Shown: in pieces, positions 15,620 to 28,344 of the stretch | Numbering within the stretch: the stretch's first letter is position 1 | How the letters are laid out: every line of letters begins with the position of its first letter | DNA from: Octopus vulgaris | Lineage: Eukaryota | NCBI GenBank assembly: GCA_951406725.2 | Contig: OX597832.1 | Coordinates: 20,832,001 to 20,896,000, forward strand | Direction: 5' to 3' | DNA: 64,000 nucleotides | Notes under the pieces: model-generated | What the model saw: only the letters and a program-made list of their open reading frames with translations | Databases searched by the model: none | Told to the model about the DNA's origin: nothing | Made by a program: the position numbers and the translations under genes

Positions 15620-15900
15620 TTGTTACATGTAACACCTTAAAAATCGACTCACATTTGATGTTGGCATCTACCTCATCAAATCGTATTCTATAGTACGAAT
15701 GTTTTCACATCTAACAGCAATACAGCCCGTAGCATAAAACTAACAGAAAGTATTTTCAAAAGGCACTTTTATCCACATTGTTAGTCATTCTCCAATAGCT
15801 ATATGGACAAAAATAATACAGCGCTCTCCCAACGAATATGGAAATTGCAGCATACGAAATTACACTGAAATATGTTCTGTATATTCTATGATAAATTTCT
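15620..15900 (+). pseudogene. Decayed Penelope-like element GIY-YIG endonuclease fragment
   Basis: The frame starting at 15683 reads VFYSTNVFTSNSNTARSIKLTESIFKRHFYPHC*SFSNSYMDKNNTALSQRIWKLQ. This follows the PLE endonuclease pattern VVY..YIG.T..FKxR(F/Y)xxH..SF..T.LS..IW.L. In-frame stops are present. Confidence 0.65.
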
Positions 15901-17036
15901 GATACCAATAGGCGGACTCAAAGTCTGACACAGCTAAGCTTCCTGGGGATAATTCTCATTATCCATCAACCCATCTGAAAAACAAACAAGAAATCGTATC
16001 TTTTCTTTAAGAGCAACCATGTAGCAAAATCCCTGCCTAACAACTTCTTTGAAGATTGAACTTCAAAGCACACTCACGTGTATTGGACAAACGAACCAAT
16101 CCCATAAACAAGCACGATTCGGTACAGAACCAATCACACGCCACTATATACACACTATGAACAACATGAAGAATTTTGACTGCAACAATATGAACAATTT
16201 TGCGAGATTCTAGACTTACTTTAATTTCCTTATTTCATATGTAATGATCAGTATTGTTTATTTAACATCGAATGCATTGATGTTTTACATTTCATGAAAT
16301 AACCTTGTTTTCCCAGAAAAATCATAACAAGCCATCTACACAACTAACATGGTTATCGAGCGCTTAGTGTTCTAGCATGGACGACACGTTATCTGTCTGT
16401 CTTCTTACGAATATATATGTATCTATGTATCTACTCATCTGACTAGCTATCATCTATCTATCTACATGTGTGTGTATCTACCTATCTATCAATCTATTAA
16501 TTTATCTGTCTATCTATTTATTTAGCTATTCAAGCATTTTATAATCTTATTGAAAGTTTTGGTTTTTTTAATAAGTGAAAATAAAGGTTTCGTTTATAAT
16601 GGATAGGGTTTCCATTTTGTTTTAATCTACACAAATGCATTTCTACGGATTGCTTGAAGCTTACTAATTTCCTACATCTACATCTTGATCCTGGTATCTT
16701 ACCTTCACACCTTTCAGGAACAATAATGGGTTATTGGCGCAGAAGGTTTAAAATTTTTTCCGGATCGAAATATGATGTGGAGAAAAAAGTTGATTTCATG
16801 ATAAACAGTTAGTAACAGTGATTATTGTATAATCAAATAAACATTCAGAATTTAGGGAATCGATTAGATAAAGACCAGACAAAACATGTTTCAAAAATTA
16901 TTATATAATTATATATAAATATATATATATACAAATATATATATATATATATATAACAAAGTGGAGTTGTGGGGTACCGCACGAGTGGAATTATATACGA
17001 AAGAAGGTTTGAAAATGCAATTTAAAAGATGTTTAT

Positions 17037-17081
17037 TTACTTTACCGGTTTCACTCTTTGGAAAAAGATTGTCAAAAGTAA
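17037..17081 (-). ncRNA. Candidate type-I hammerhead ribozyme, U3-A8 variant (left arm)
   Basis: Exact reverse complement of 17274-17318. Confidence 0.5.
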
Positions 17082-17273
17082 CATGTGGAAGTTTGGTTGC
17101 GTTAATTATTGGTTGTTGCAAATTGCTACATTACATATATATATATATATACAGTCTTTGGAAACAGGGACATGTTAAGGACATAAAAAAGTTCAACAAG
17201 TTCAACAAGACTGTATATATGTAATGTAGCAATTTGTAACAACCAATAATTAACGCAACCAAACTTCCACATG

Positions 17274-17318
17274 TTACTTTTGACAATCTTTTTCCAAAGA
17301 GTGAAACCGGTAAAGTAA
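17274..17318 (+). ncRNA. Candidate type-I hammerhead ribozyme, U3-A8 variant (right arm)
   Basis: TTACTT-[TTGACAA]-TCTTT-TTCC-AAAGA-GT-[GAAA]-CCGG-[TA]-AAGTAA. This gives a 6-bp stem I, a 5-bp stem II, a palindromic ACCGGT stem III and a GUA cleavage triplet. The stem II junction is non-canonical (2 extra nt). Confidence 0.5.
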
Positions 17319-17352
17319 ATAAACATCTTTTAAATTGCATTTTCAAACCTTC

Positions 17353-17414
<62 letters not shown>

Positions 17415-17656
17415 GTACATTTGTCACATAAATGCATACCAAGTTTTGGCATGCTTCTTTGCTACCCCTGCGTATAATAAGAATACTCTTGTTTATTGTT
17501 TGCTTATTACGAGACATGTTTCAATTCTAAGAAAATATTGAAATGATGCTAAACTGTCGAATGCATGGATGAAAATGTCTGGAGAATTACAACCTGTATA
17601 TACAGGAATATGACGAGAAAGACATGCTATTCGTAGAATCGAAGAAGGATTTTTTA

Positions 17657-18022
17657 GTCGAAGAAATCGACCCCAGGACTTATTCTTTGTAATCCTAGTA
17701 TTATTTATTCGATTGCTCTCTTTTGCCGAACCGCTAAGTTACGGTGACGTATGCACACCAACATCGGTTGTCAAGCGATGGTAGGGGGACGAACACAGAT
17801 ATAAAGACACTCACACTCATACACACACACACAAACACATGAATATATGCATATACAAATATATGACGAGCTGCTTTCAGTTTCCGTCTACCAAATCCAC
17901 TCACAAGGATTTGGTTAGCCCGAAGATATAGTTGAAGACACTTGCCCAAGTTGCCATGCAATTGGACTGAACCTGGGAACCATGTGGTTGGGAAGCAAGT
18001 TTCTTACCACACACCAATGCCT
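17657..18022 (-). mobile_element. SINE family A copy
   Basis: Reverse complement of the head and body of 6497-6943 (CAGTTTCCGTCTACCAAATCCACTCACAAGG..GAACCATGTGGTTGG). Confidence 0.85.
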
Positions 18023-18960
18023 ATACTTTTGAGTAATAATGAGTAACGCTTGATATAATTATAACATCAGCCCTCTGCAAAGTTTTTCAATGTTTTAAGA
18101 TGCTAGGTAAAGTCTTATTATAGAGAGATTTAGCTGCGTTTTGTAGTAGATCAAGCGTATTAAAGTAATTCCCTTTGATATAATACTCTTTTTTGCATAT
18201 TCAATCCCTGTCGTTTGTTCTTTAATTTGCACTCATTTGGTGGACCTGTTTTAAAAGTATTACGAACGTGGCCACCACGTGTTTTCGTTTATCTGTAATC
18301 GTGAATCGAATTTTCTACTTTCTCCATTTCTTTGAATATAACCTGAACTGACTTAATAGATGCTGTTGTGATTTCAGGGGTACGTTTTTGCTAATTGTAA
18401 CAAGTCAACTCAACTTAATATTTTCTATTTGTTCAAGATCAACTCTAATCAACTGATAAATTTCCCTACGAAAATTTCTAACTTTTTGATTGTTTTAAAA
18501 TATTTATCTATATAATATGTTTGGTTAGTATTTCTAGCAATATATTGTGTTTGGTTAGTATTTCTAGCAAACCGAGTGACCATTCCACATTCATACAATG
18601 GGCTAAGCACTTTGCATATATCATGTGCGTATATATGCGTATGAACACAAAAGCGCTTACATGTGTGTGAGTGTTTGTGTATCTTTTTATGATACGTGTT
18701 TGGTTCTATGCAAGAGAGTATGCGTCTTTCTATGCTTTTACAGATGTGAAAATTGGTTACGTGTTGCGGTCAAATTATAAAATGGGGTGGCTGAAAGGTG
18801 AAACGTGGCAGATATTAGTGGGGTAGGTGTCATGGCAGGAGCTCAGTCTTGGGCGCACTCCACAAATTAGCTTAAAATGGAATAGAATTATCACCGGTCA
18901 AAACCCGCCACACACACGAACACACACATACAATTATAAAACCGAAATACACACACATAT

Positions 18961-19018
<58 letters not shown>

Positions 19019-19023
19019 CATAG

Positions 19024-19081
<58 letters not shown>

Positions 19082-19903
19082 GTACATACACATCCATACA
19101 TTGCAAAATACCTTCTCATTCTGTGCCACCTTCCGCCCTTTCATTGTAATTATTTTCAGCAGATTGTCCATTCTTCAAATTAATATGAGTTTTAAAAAGA
19201 TTTATTTCACACACACGCACACACACACACACACTCTCACACACACACACACTTGCGCTCATACACTTATTGTCTCTTCACCTCCTCTCTTCGGCATTCC
19301 CTCTCACTCCAATCTCTCAGTCCGTGTATTTTTATAATGATATCTCTTATATCTCTCCTTCTCTCACTTTATCTATTTGGGTTTCGCCATAACTGCTTCA
19401 CTTTATCTCTCTCATAGTCTGTAATCGGGTAAATACATTTCGCCTTCTATTGAACGCCTATTCTAAAGAATCAGTTGACCAAAGGACCTTTTTTTTATAT
19501 ATTCTTCCCCATCGCCAAATTACTTCAGTTCAAATATCCAGACCGGCCACTCAATAAAATAATGAAAACTGCCTAACGTCATTCCCGAGCTATATTGAAT
19601 CTTTAGAATATAGTGGAGTTTTAATGTACAACTAATAGAAAGAAAAGATGGCGCGTGGAAGGGGAGTTAACTGATCGCATTTTAAATATATGAGTCTGCA
19701 TATGTGCTTGCATGTATGCGTGGTGTGCACACGTGTGTTCGTGTATTTGTGTGTATGTCTATATTAAGATGTGTGTATTTGTGTTTGTATGTATGTGCTT
19801 ACATGTATACGTGGTGTGACTACGTGTCCTCGCATTTACGTTTATGCGTTTTATCAAGATGTCCGTCTCTGTATATTAATATGTGTGTTTATGTATATAT
19901 ATG

Positions 19904-19919
<16 letters not shown>

Positions 19920-19944
<25 letters not shown>

Positions 19945-20120
19945 CTTTATGTATACATTAATATGTGTGTTTATGTGTATAAAGGTGTAAGTATTTATAC
20001 CTGCATGTGTGTGTATATATGTATATATTAAGCTGACTGTATGTGTATAATTTATATAATAAGATGTCTGTATATGTATATTAAGATCGCGTGTATATAT
20101 ATTATGATTTTATATATACT

Positions 20121-20155
<35 letters not shown>

Positions 20156-20323
20156 TTGTGTCTTTATGTATATATTAATATGTGTGTTTATGTGTATAAA
20201 GGTGTAAGTATTTATACCTGTATGTGTGTGTATATATGTGTATATTAAGCTGACTGTATGTGTATAATGTATGTAATAACATGTCTGTATATGTATATTA
20301 AGATTGCGTGTATGTATATTATG

Positions 20324-20345
<22 letters not shown>
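19920..20345. repeat. Tandem duplication with a period of ~218 bp, bounded by TA/TG microsatellites
   Basis: GTGTCTTTATG..AAAGGTGTAAGTATTTATACCTG..AAGCTGACTGTATG occurs at ~19941 and ~20158. Confidence 0.85.
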
Positions 20346-20380
<35 letters not shown>

Positions 20381-20636
20381 TGTATGTATGTGTTTATATG
20401 TACACGTGTTGTGAATATATGTATTCATGCATTTGTGTTTATGCGTTTAATTAAGATGTCCGTATGTGTATATTAAAATGTGTGCTGATGTATATATGTA
20501 TTTGTGCTTGCGTGTGTTTGTATGAATATGTTTGTATGTGTGTGTTTGTATATGTGTATGGGTTCGTGCATGCGTGTAAGTTATAGCATACGATGAGGTG
20601 AATGTGTATGTGGCTGTACTCGCATGAGGGTATTTA

Positions 20637-20667
<31 letters not shown>

Positions 20668-21012
20668 CTACGAAGCAGAATTGAAGTTAAAGGAAGAGAA
20701 GGGTCTATGTGTAAATATAGAGAGTGGGAAGAGTGAAAGACCTAGAGTTTTATCAGAATAGGGAAAGAGAGTGAAAGAAGGAGCGAGAAGGAATTAAGGA
20801 TAAATGGGGAAAAAAGGAAGATTGGAAGGAAGAGAGAGAGGAATGACAGAATATGAAAGAATGTGTGTGTGTGTGTGTGAGTTTATTTATTAGTGTGTGT
20901 GCATGTGTATCTGCGTGTGTGAAGGAAAGTGAGTGAGAAGATGAGAGGATCGCAGAAATATAAAAATGGGAAGGAAGAAAGATAGATGTGGGAGAATGGA
21001 GATAAAATAAGT

Positions 21013-21086
<74 letters not shown>

Positions 21087-21287
21087 TTGTGTTATGATGT
21101 ACATGTAAGGAACAGAGAAGGAATATTCATGAAGGAGATAAAACAGGCTGAGAGACAGAGAAATGAGGAGCAAATGAAAATGAAGGAAATTAGAAATTTA
21201 TGAAAGAATTTATGAAAAGAAATATGGTGGAAGAAGAGACATTTGAACGAAAGAGAACTGCAAACGTAATTCGGATTATACAGTGCT

Positions 21288-21361
<74 letters not shown>

Positions 21362-21522
21362 GAAAGGAGTAGGATGAAAGAGTAAAAGAAATAGAGAAAA
21401 ATAAAGAGGGAGAGATGGAGAGTATTTACACTCAGAGACAGACAAAAAGAGAAAAGTGAGAACTATGGAGAAATAAAGAGAATGAGAGATGAGGAAATAA
21501 ATGATAGAGAGTTATTGGTAAA

Positions 21523-21567
<45 letters not shown>

Positions 21568-22321
21568 TGAGAGAGATGTGGTGTAGTAAGTTAGAAAGTA
21601 AGAGAGAAATAGGTGATAAAGTAATAAAGAGAGAAAACGAGAGAGGGAGAGAGATACTAGAAATAATGAACGAGATACTGGGAGTAAGAGATTAAGAGAG
21701 AACGTAGCTGGTAGAAATAGAGAAAGACTGATTTAGAAGAGAGAGAGAGGGGGCATAGAAAAGGAGAGTAAAGAAGATAAGAGTGAGGGGTTGCGAGTAA
21801 AGGACACTCAGTGAGAAATATGGATAAATATATAGAGAGGGGCAGTTGCTAAAATGTTTTCGTGAGCGAGCTGAATATAAATATATATACGATGAGTTCA
21901 AAAGCGACGTACAAAAGAGAGAAAGATCAACATAAATAGAGATAAAGTAGATAATTAGAGACCAAGATGAATATATAAGATAATTATATACACAACTCTG
22001 GTCATGTGACAGTAAGCTACCATTTAAAAAAAGTTTATTTTACTGTCATTTCTTTACAACTTGACAACAGTGTTTCAGATTGGCATCGTCGAAGGTCTAG
22101 TAATTCTAACATCTTGGACGAACGGTAAGAAAACCACGATTAAAACTATAAATGTCAGTTAATGGAACACTGTGTCTTTCAGAAGCCTTCATTGAAACCA
22201 TGTTGTTTGGGATTTACTCCTACTGCGCGGTACATTATGCACATTTCGTTTACTGTCACCCCGGGCCAACAAATATATATATACGACGGGCTTCTATCAC
22301 ATACATATATACCTATATATA

Positions 22322-22520
22322 GTTAATCCAAACAAGAAAGCACAAAAAAACACAACAGCGCGAGGACGTGGAACAAATATAGTATTATTGGACGCTCAGG
22401 AAAGAAGGAAAGAAGGAGGGTTTAACGTTTCGAGCGGAGCTCTTCGTCGGAAACATAGGAGAAGGGAAGATCCAGAGAAGGGAAGACAGAGGGAAAAAAA
22501 TCGCTAACGGTATACACAGG
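22322..22520 (-). mobile_element. ~200-bp non-autonomous element (PLE/retrozyme-like) carrying a minimal hammerhead
   Basis: Homologous to 12128-12313 and 59207-59392, with a TA-rich flank. Confidence 0.75.
22420..22454 (-). ncRNA. Minimal hammerhead motif with a U4C change (probably inactive copy)
   Basis: Minus strand reads GTTT-CCGACGA-A-GAGC-TCC-GCTC-GAAAC-GTT-AAAC. Confidence 0.65.
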
Positions 22521-22569
22521 TAGATATTTATACACACACATACACATATCTATATTACAAAGAGGGTCT

Positions 22570-22723
22570 GCCTTCAGTTTCCGTCTACCAAATCCAATCA
22601 CAAGGCTTTGGTCGGCCCGAGGCTAGAGCAGAGGACAGCTGATCAAGATGCCATGCAGTGAGTCTGAACCTGGAACCATGTGGTTGGGAAGCAATCTTCT
22701 TACCACTTAGCTACACTGCTGCC
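22570..22723 (-). mobile_element. SINE family A head
   Basis: TTCAGTTTCCGTCTACCAAATCC..GGAACCATGTGGTTGGGAAGC, the reverse complement of the family A 5' region. Confidence 0.8.
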
Positions 22724-23305
22724 TATATGTGAATAAATGGAAACGTCTTATAACCAGTACACAATCTCGGGGCAGGTAATTTTATCGCTACAACACTATA
22801 GATAAAATATTTCAGCTTAGAAAACGAAACACTTGTAGCTGCAGATTGAACTCCTGACCTATGAACTGGTAGTCATATAAGTCATCACTTCGGTCAGCCA
22901 GAAAATCAGATTAAGTTGATAAAATTGACAGGATAAAGACACTTGGGCAAAGAAAATGTACGGCATAATATGGAGAGTGATGCAGAGAGGGAGTGAAGGG
23001 ATGGTAAAGATAATAAGAAAGAGATAGCGTAAAAGAAGTGTGCGGAGTAAAAACAAACAAAATAGATACAGTATAAGAGAGAAAGGAATAAATATTTGCA
23101 AAACATATGTGACTGTGTGGATATATAGATTGAGGGAGAGGGTGGAAGGGAGGCAGAGAGAAAGAGAGAAAGGTGATTTGGTGGAGAAGGAGCGAGAGGG
23201 GGAAGAGAGGGAGAGAATGATTGAAGTGAGACGTACTTGTAAGAAATGATATTTCGAAACAGAAAAAGAAGATAATGTAAATGGAAATACAAGTAGAGGA
23301 CGGAC

Positions 23306-23341
<36 letters not shown>

Positions 23342-25190
23342 CCACGCACATAATATATACATACACACATGCATACATGCATACATACGATACGGCTTTG
23401 TATCTGTTAGAAACCAGCTCCTTCATTGGGCAAGAATTTAAATAGTTAATCAGAATGCACACACGCACACACATAAACATACACGCATACACACACACAC
23501 ATACACACATACACACACATATATATAACTGCATACATATTCCCCTCATCATATAGGAGTGCATATATACATACACATACCTACATACACACATACATGC
23601 ATACATACACACATATACATGCATACATACATACACACATATATACATACATACACATACATACATACACACACACATATATACACACACACATACATAC
23701 ATGTATACATACACACACATACATACATACATACACATACATGTATACACACATATACATGCATACATACATACACACACATACATGTATACATACATAG
23801 ACACATACATACATACACACACATATATACATACACACATACATACATACATAAACAATGGGTTCATATATCATCAACTTGGAAAGGATGTAAGATAAAG
23901 TCTACCTCGGTGCATTTCAAACTCAGAACATATAAATATGGAAGAAATTCCGCTGAAGGTTTTATACGGCAAAAGAAATACCCAACCAGCTCCCCGCCTT
24001 TTAAATGTGTCTTACTAAATAAAAAGACTCAATAAGCCATCCTGTCCTGGAAATGAGCCCACGAAATAATGATTAAAAGCTGAATATCTCAACAAGTCAG
24101 CCATGTGCCTTCACAAACAACATCAACATAAGGTAAAAGCGGACGGATTACAGCTAAGCATTTTGCTCGGCGTGCTAACGATTCTGCCAGCTCGACCCCT
24201 TAGTTTTGGCTTACACCAAGACTCCCAGCCCCGGAAGGAAAGAAAGTCAAAGGTTGACTATTGGACGCGAAACCACATTATCAGTTAGTATAATAGACGT
24301 TCTGATCTTTATACTAAAGCATATCCTTACAACAAACTTCGTTCTTACAAGCGAAATTAGTAAGTTTGTACATTATAAAAAAATGTAGAAACTTCAAGAA
24401 ATATGAAGTCTCAAAGACAGTTTCGACTCATTTCTATCCAGGGGTTTCCCAAACGTTCCACATTATATTATTTATAGCCGCATCTACTTCGAGCATCACC
24501 GTGAGTAAAACAAGCGTCGTACATTTATTTATTATGGAAATGATCCTTTGGTGCTGTGTGTGCAGCCATTGACGATTGTGAACAGAGAGTTTTAATGTCT
24601 TTGCACTTTCTTTATGATTTATTATAAAATAAACAAAACGCTAGCGCACAATCAATATAATAGATCCAGCATGGATTACGTCTGCGCTATTGCAATTTCT
24701 ATATTGTAATTAATGTATTGCTTGTTATTATAATGTTATAGCGTCATTGAATTAGTCAGCCATAATGAATTGCAGTGTTTGTGGATGAGGTTTTTCCCCT
24801 CTCTATTCAATGACTTCTATGTTAGTTGTGAATGCTTCAGACAATTTCAACTGTATTGGTTTCTCTATGTGTTTGAGTTTTTCATTTGTTCCTTTATTCT
24901 TTCAAAAGTTTCATGCATTGGACTGCGGTCATGCTGGGCCAACGATTTAAATATTTTATTCACTCTTATTTATCCCAGTACTTATTTTCTAATTTTGTAC
25001 TTATGTTATACGATGTAATCTCTCGAACTTGATATTATCGGTAGCATAATCAAACATTGCTGAGTATGGAGTGGTGTAAAAAGATATGGAGACTATTACA
25101 TATGTCCGCACACAGACATACATGCATAGCCTCGGTTCAACCAAAGCCTTGTGAGTGGGTATGGTAGACGGAAAGTGAAAGAAGCCTGTC

Positions 25191-25244
<54 letters not shown>

Positions 25245-25246
<2 letters not shown>

Positions 25247-25453
25247 CGGGAAGCTTTATGAAAATAAACAAAAGACGAAGGCAGGTGGAGTACAAACAAA
25301 CAATTGTATTAGTATGGCGCTCAGGAATATAAATAAAACAAGTCTTTTACGTTTCGAGCCTACGCTCTTCAACAGAATGATACACAGAAAAGAAACACGG
25401 AGACGAACAAGGAGAGAGAAAAAATGCGTGCAGAAGCTAGCGATTCAACATGG
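25245..25453 (-). mobile_element. ~210-bp hammerhead-bearing element, subfamily 2
   Basis: The reverse complement aligns with 60898-61066 (CTGAGCG..ATACTAATACA..TGTTTGTT..GTAC.CCA.CTG..TTCGTCTTTT). Confidence 0.8.
25344..25379 (-). ncRNA. Minimal hammerhead-like motif, A6U variant
   Basis: Minus strand reads CATT-CTGTTGA-A-GAGC-GTAG-GCTC-GAAAC-GTA-AAAG. Confidence 0.55.
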
Positions 25454-26710
25454 TTTGTGTCTGTTTTTGCCCCCCACCATCGCTTTACAACCGATGTTGT
25501 TGTGTTCACGTCCCTGTAACTTAACAGTTCGGTAAAAGAATATGTACTAGTCTTACAAAGAATAAATCCTCGGGTCAATTTGTTCGACTACACGCGGCGC
25601 TCCAGCATGGCCGCAGTCAGATGACTGAAACAAGTAGACGTATAAAAGAATATAAGTATATATTCGTAATCTTCTGCATCGAAAATCTATCTTAGCAATT
25701 ATTTCATGTCAAAATATGAACTTTCCATAAAAATTACATGACACTCATTCTGTAAATCTCGTTTTAATTTTCTGCATATTTCCCTTTCTCTCTCATTTCC
25801 GCTCTCTCAATGTAAGGCAAAATATGACTGCAGGATCAACCAACCAACCTCCCAACTAACATTTATACCGGTTCTTATTAAATAGAGACTATTTCGATTA
25901 TATAATTTCTTTACTAACACTCAAAGAGGATTAGTATTTTATTCTTAACCTTATGTGTAGTAATGGTTATATTTCTGTCTTGCCTTGTGAGATACATTAT
26001 TGTAAGTATTATACAATCATTTTGAGGAATATTTTTCCTCGTACCTATCTTAGGTTGTTTTATTATTTTTTTTTTCGATTATTGCTGGATTTTCTGAATA
26101 AAAAATGTGTCTGTTGGAGATAGACGCTTTTACCAGGCATTTCATATAAATTTATGAAATTGCTTTTCGTTGGGTCGGTTAAAGAACTCCCGAACCTATA
26201 AAAGACTACAATTAAACAAGTGAAATACCAAGAAAAACTGTTGCGGAAAATGTAACGGAAAATGTAATCGCTCGTTAAAGATATTATGCTATATCGGTTT
26301 GATTTCCGTTTAAAACAATTCCGTTTCTCCACATAACGCCATTTTGACTTCAAACTGTACACGTACACGCTCTGCTTTGTATCAAGACCTAAGATTTTCA
26401 AGTTTTGTATATTGGAGCGAAAGAAACAAAAAATCATATAAAAAATCGCTGTACGATGGCAAAAATGTAGTGATATCCGTAAAGCAAGAATTAATTTCCT
26501 GGCAAGCCCAGTCAGCAATAGAGTTTTGATTTCTGTTTAATGCCATTTCATTTTATGTTTGACCCAAATGCTCTTTCCAACGACATCCATGTCAAACACG
26601 TCCTACTTATCTTGACGTAAAAAGGGATTCTATTTATTGTATTTTGTGATAAAATAATGACACACAACAAATCGGCATCGCATTCCATGGAAAACTAAAA
26701 TAAATATACG

Positions 26711-26877
26711 AATGTGGTTGCGTGGTAAGAAGCTTTTTTCTCAACCACATTGTTCCGGGGTTCAGTCCCACTGCATGGCACCCTGTGCTGGGAAAGTGTT
26801 TTCTACTATAGCCTTGGGCCGACCAAAACCTTGTGAGTGGATTTGGTAGACGGAAACCGACAGAGGCCCGTCGCGTG

Positions 26878-26937
<60 letters not shown>

Positions 26938-27191
26938 ATGTATATATATACATATATATATATGCATTTATGCATTATGCATTTGTGTGTCTGTGTTTGT
27001 ACCCCCCATATCAATTGACAACCGATGTTGGCGTGTTTACGTCCCCGAAACCTAGCAGGTCGGCAAGTGAACTCGATAGAATAAGTTCTAGGCTTACAAA
27101 AAATAAGTCTTGGGGTCAATTTGCTCGACTAAAGGCGTTGCTCCAGCATGGCCTCAGTCAATATGACTGAAACCAGTAAAAGTATAAAAGA
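26711..27191 (+). mobile_element. SINE family A, near full length
   Basis: A and B boxes, body and tail as at 6497-6943, with an internal TA/CA microsatellite. Confidence 0.85.
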
Positions 27192-27540
27192 ATATATATT
27201 TGCATTGGGAATTACTTCACATAGCCAGCCGGTGGTTGTCACACGGTGATGACGGATCAGTACCCAGAAACTCGGGTCCGTGTGTATCACGTCAGGCTGG
27301 AGATGGGAAGGATAACTTCCTTTTGCAAATACTGTTAGGGCAGAGAAAGTGTGTCAATAGCCAGTTGGAAGAGATTTCTTCCTGGTGCTACAAGCTACAG
27401 TAGCGTCAACCCTTAAGGGTTAGCCACATTTAGGTGGCAAATATACATCACGATATCATGCAGCTACTGTTTATACTCCGCTCAGAGATTTATTATTGTC
27501 ATCATATAAATATTTTTTTAAAATAATAACAGGAATAACA

Positions 27541-27757
27541 TGTTTGTGTGTATGTTTGCGTGGCTGTGCTTGTCCCCTCAACATCGCTTGCAAACCGATA
27601 CTGGTGGGTTTACGTCCCCGTAACTTAGCGGTTCGGTAAAAGGGACAGATAGAATAAGTACTAAGCTTACAAAGAACAAGTCCTGGGGTCGATTTGCTCG
27701 ACTAAAGGCAGTACTCCAGCATGGCCACAGTCAAATTACGGAAAAAGTAAAAGAGTA
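27541..27757 (+). mobile_element. SINE family A 3' half
   Basis: TTTACGTCCCCGTAACTTAGCGGTTCGG..GGGGTCGATTTGCTCGACTAAAGGC. Confidence 0.85.
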
Positions 27758-28344
27758 ATGATGTACCTGAAAATACTCACAGAGAATGGCCTAGACTACG
27801 TATAAAATAATTGTTTAGCCTTAAATTTACTCTTATAGAGGAGAAGTTTAATGAAAGCCATTCTAACCCTAAACACCGTCTCCACACTTATTTTAGAAAC
27901 ACACGAGGAAAATATTATCTAATTATCTAAGGTGACCTTTCTTTAAGAAAACCAAACTGGGTACGGTTTTACAGTTATTGACATCTATGTTTTGATCGTT
28001 GCACATCGACCGTGTGTAGAGGCTGTTTCTTTTGTGTGTCGGAGTAGTTCATCTGTAGCTTGAAGTCTCTTCCAGAAGAATGTTGTAGAAAACATGTAAT
28101 GCCTGCTTCAGAGTTGAACTTAAGTATTCTAAGCTGTTAGGGCAATGCGTCCTTTTATTTATCGATAGAGACGTAGTGTGTATGTGGTTTGGTGTATAAG
28201 TGTTTTTGGTGTATGCGTAAGAGAATGAATGGAGCCACATCAGAGAGTACTTGTGTATACGCATGTGTGATTTTGTGTTTGAGAGAGAGAGAGAGCTTTC
28301 GTCTTTGTGTGTTGTGCGCCTGTGTTGTTTGCGCTAGAGAGAGT

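Larger units (their letters stand above)
16999..17356. repeat. Long near-perfect inverted repeat (arms 16999-17158 and 17207-17356, 48-nt spacer) flanked by (TA)n
   Basis: The arms are reverse complements, differing by one substitution and the length of an internal TA run. The ORF track shows the same peptide on both strands. Confidence 0.95.
25125..25655 (+). mobile_element. SINE family A copy (5'-truncated) interrupted by a hammerhead-bearing element
   Basis: Head remnant at 25125-25192, then (TA)n, then the insert at 25245-25453. The SINE 3' half resumes at ~25454. Confidence 0.8.

Noticed and set aside
26063-26518. 151-aa non-repetitive ORF on the minus strand
   Set aside because: No recognisable motif and no ATG start. 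The composition is typical of random AT-rich DNA.
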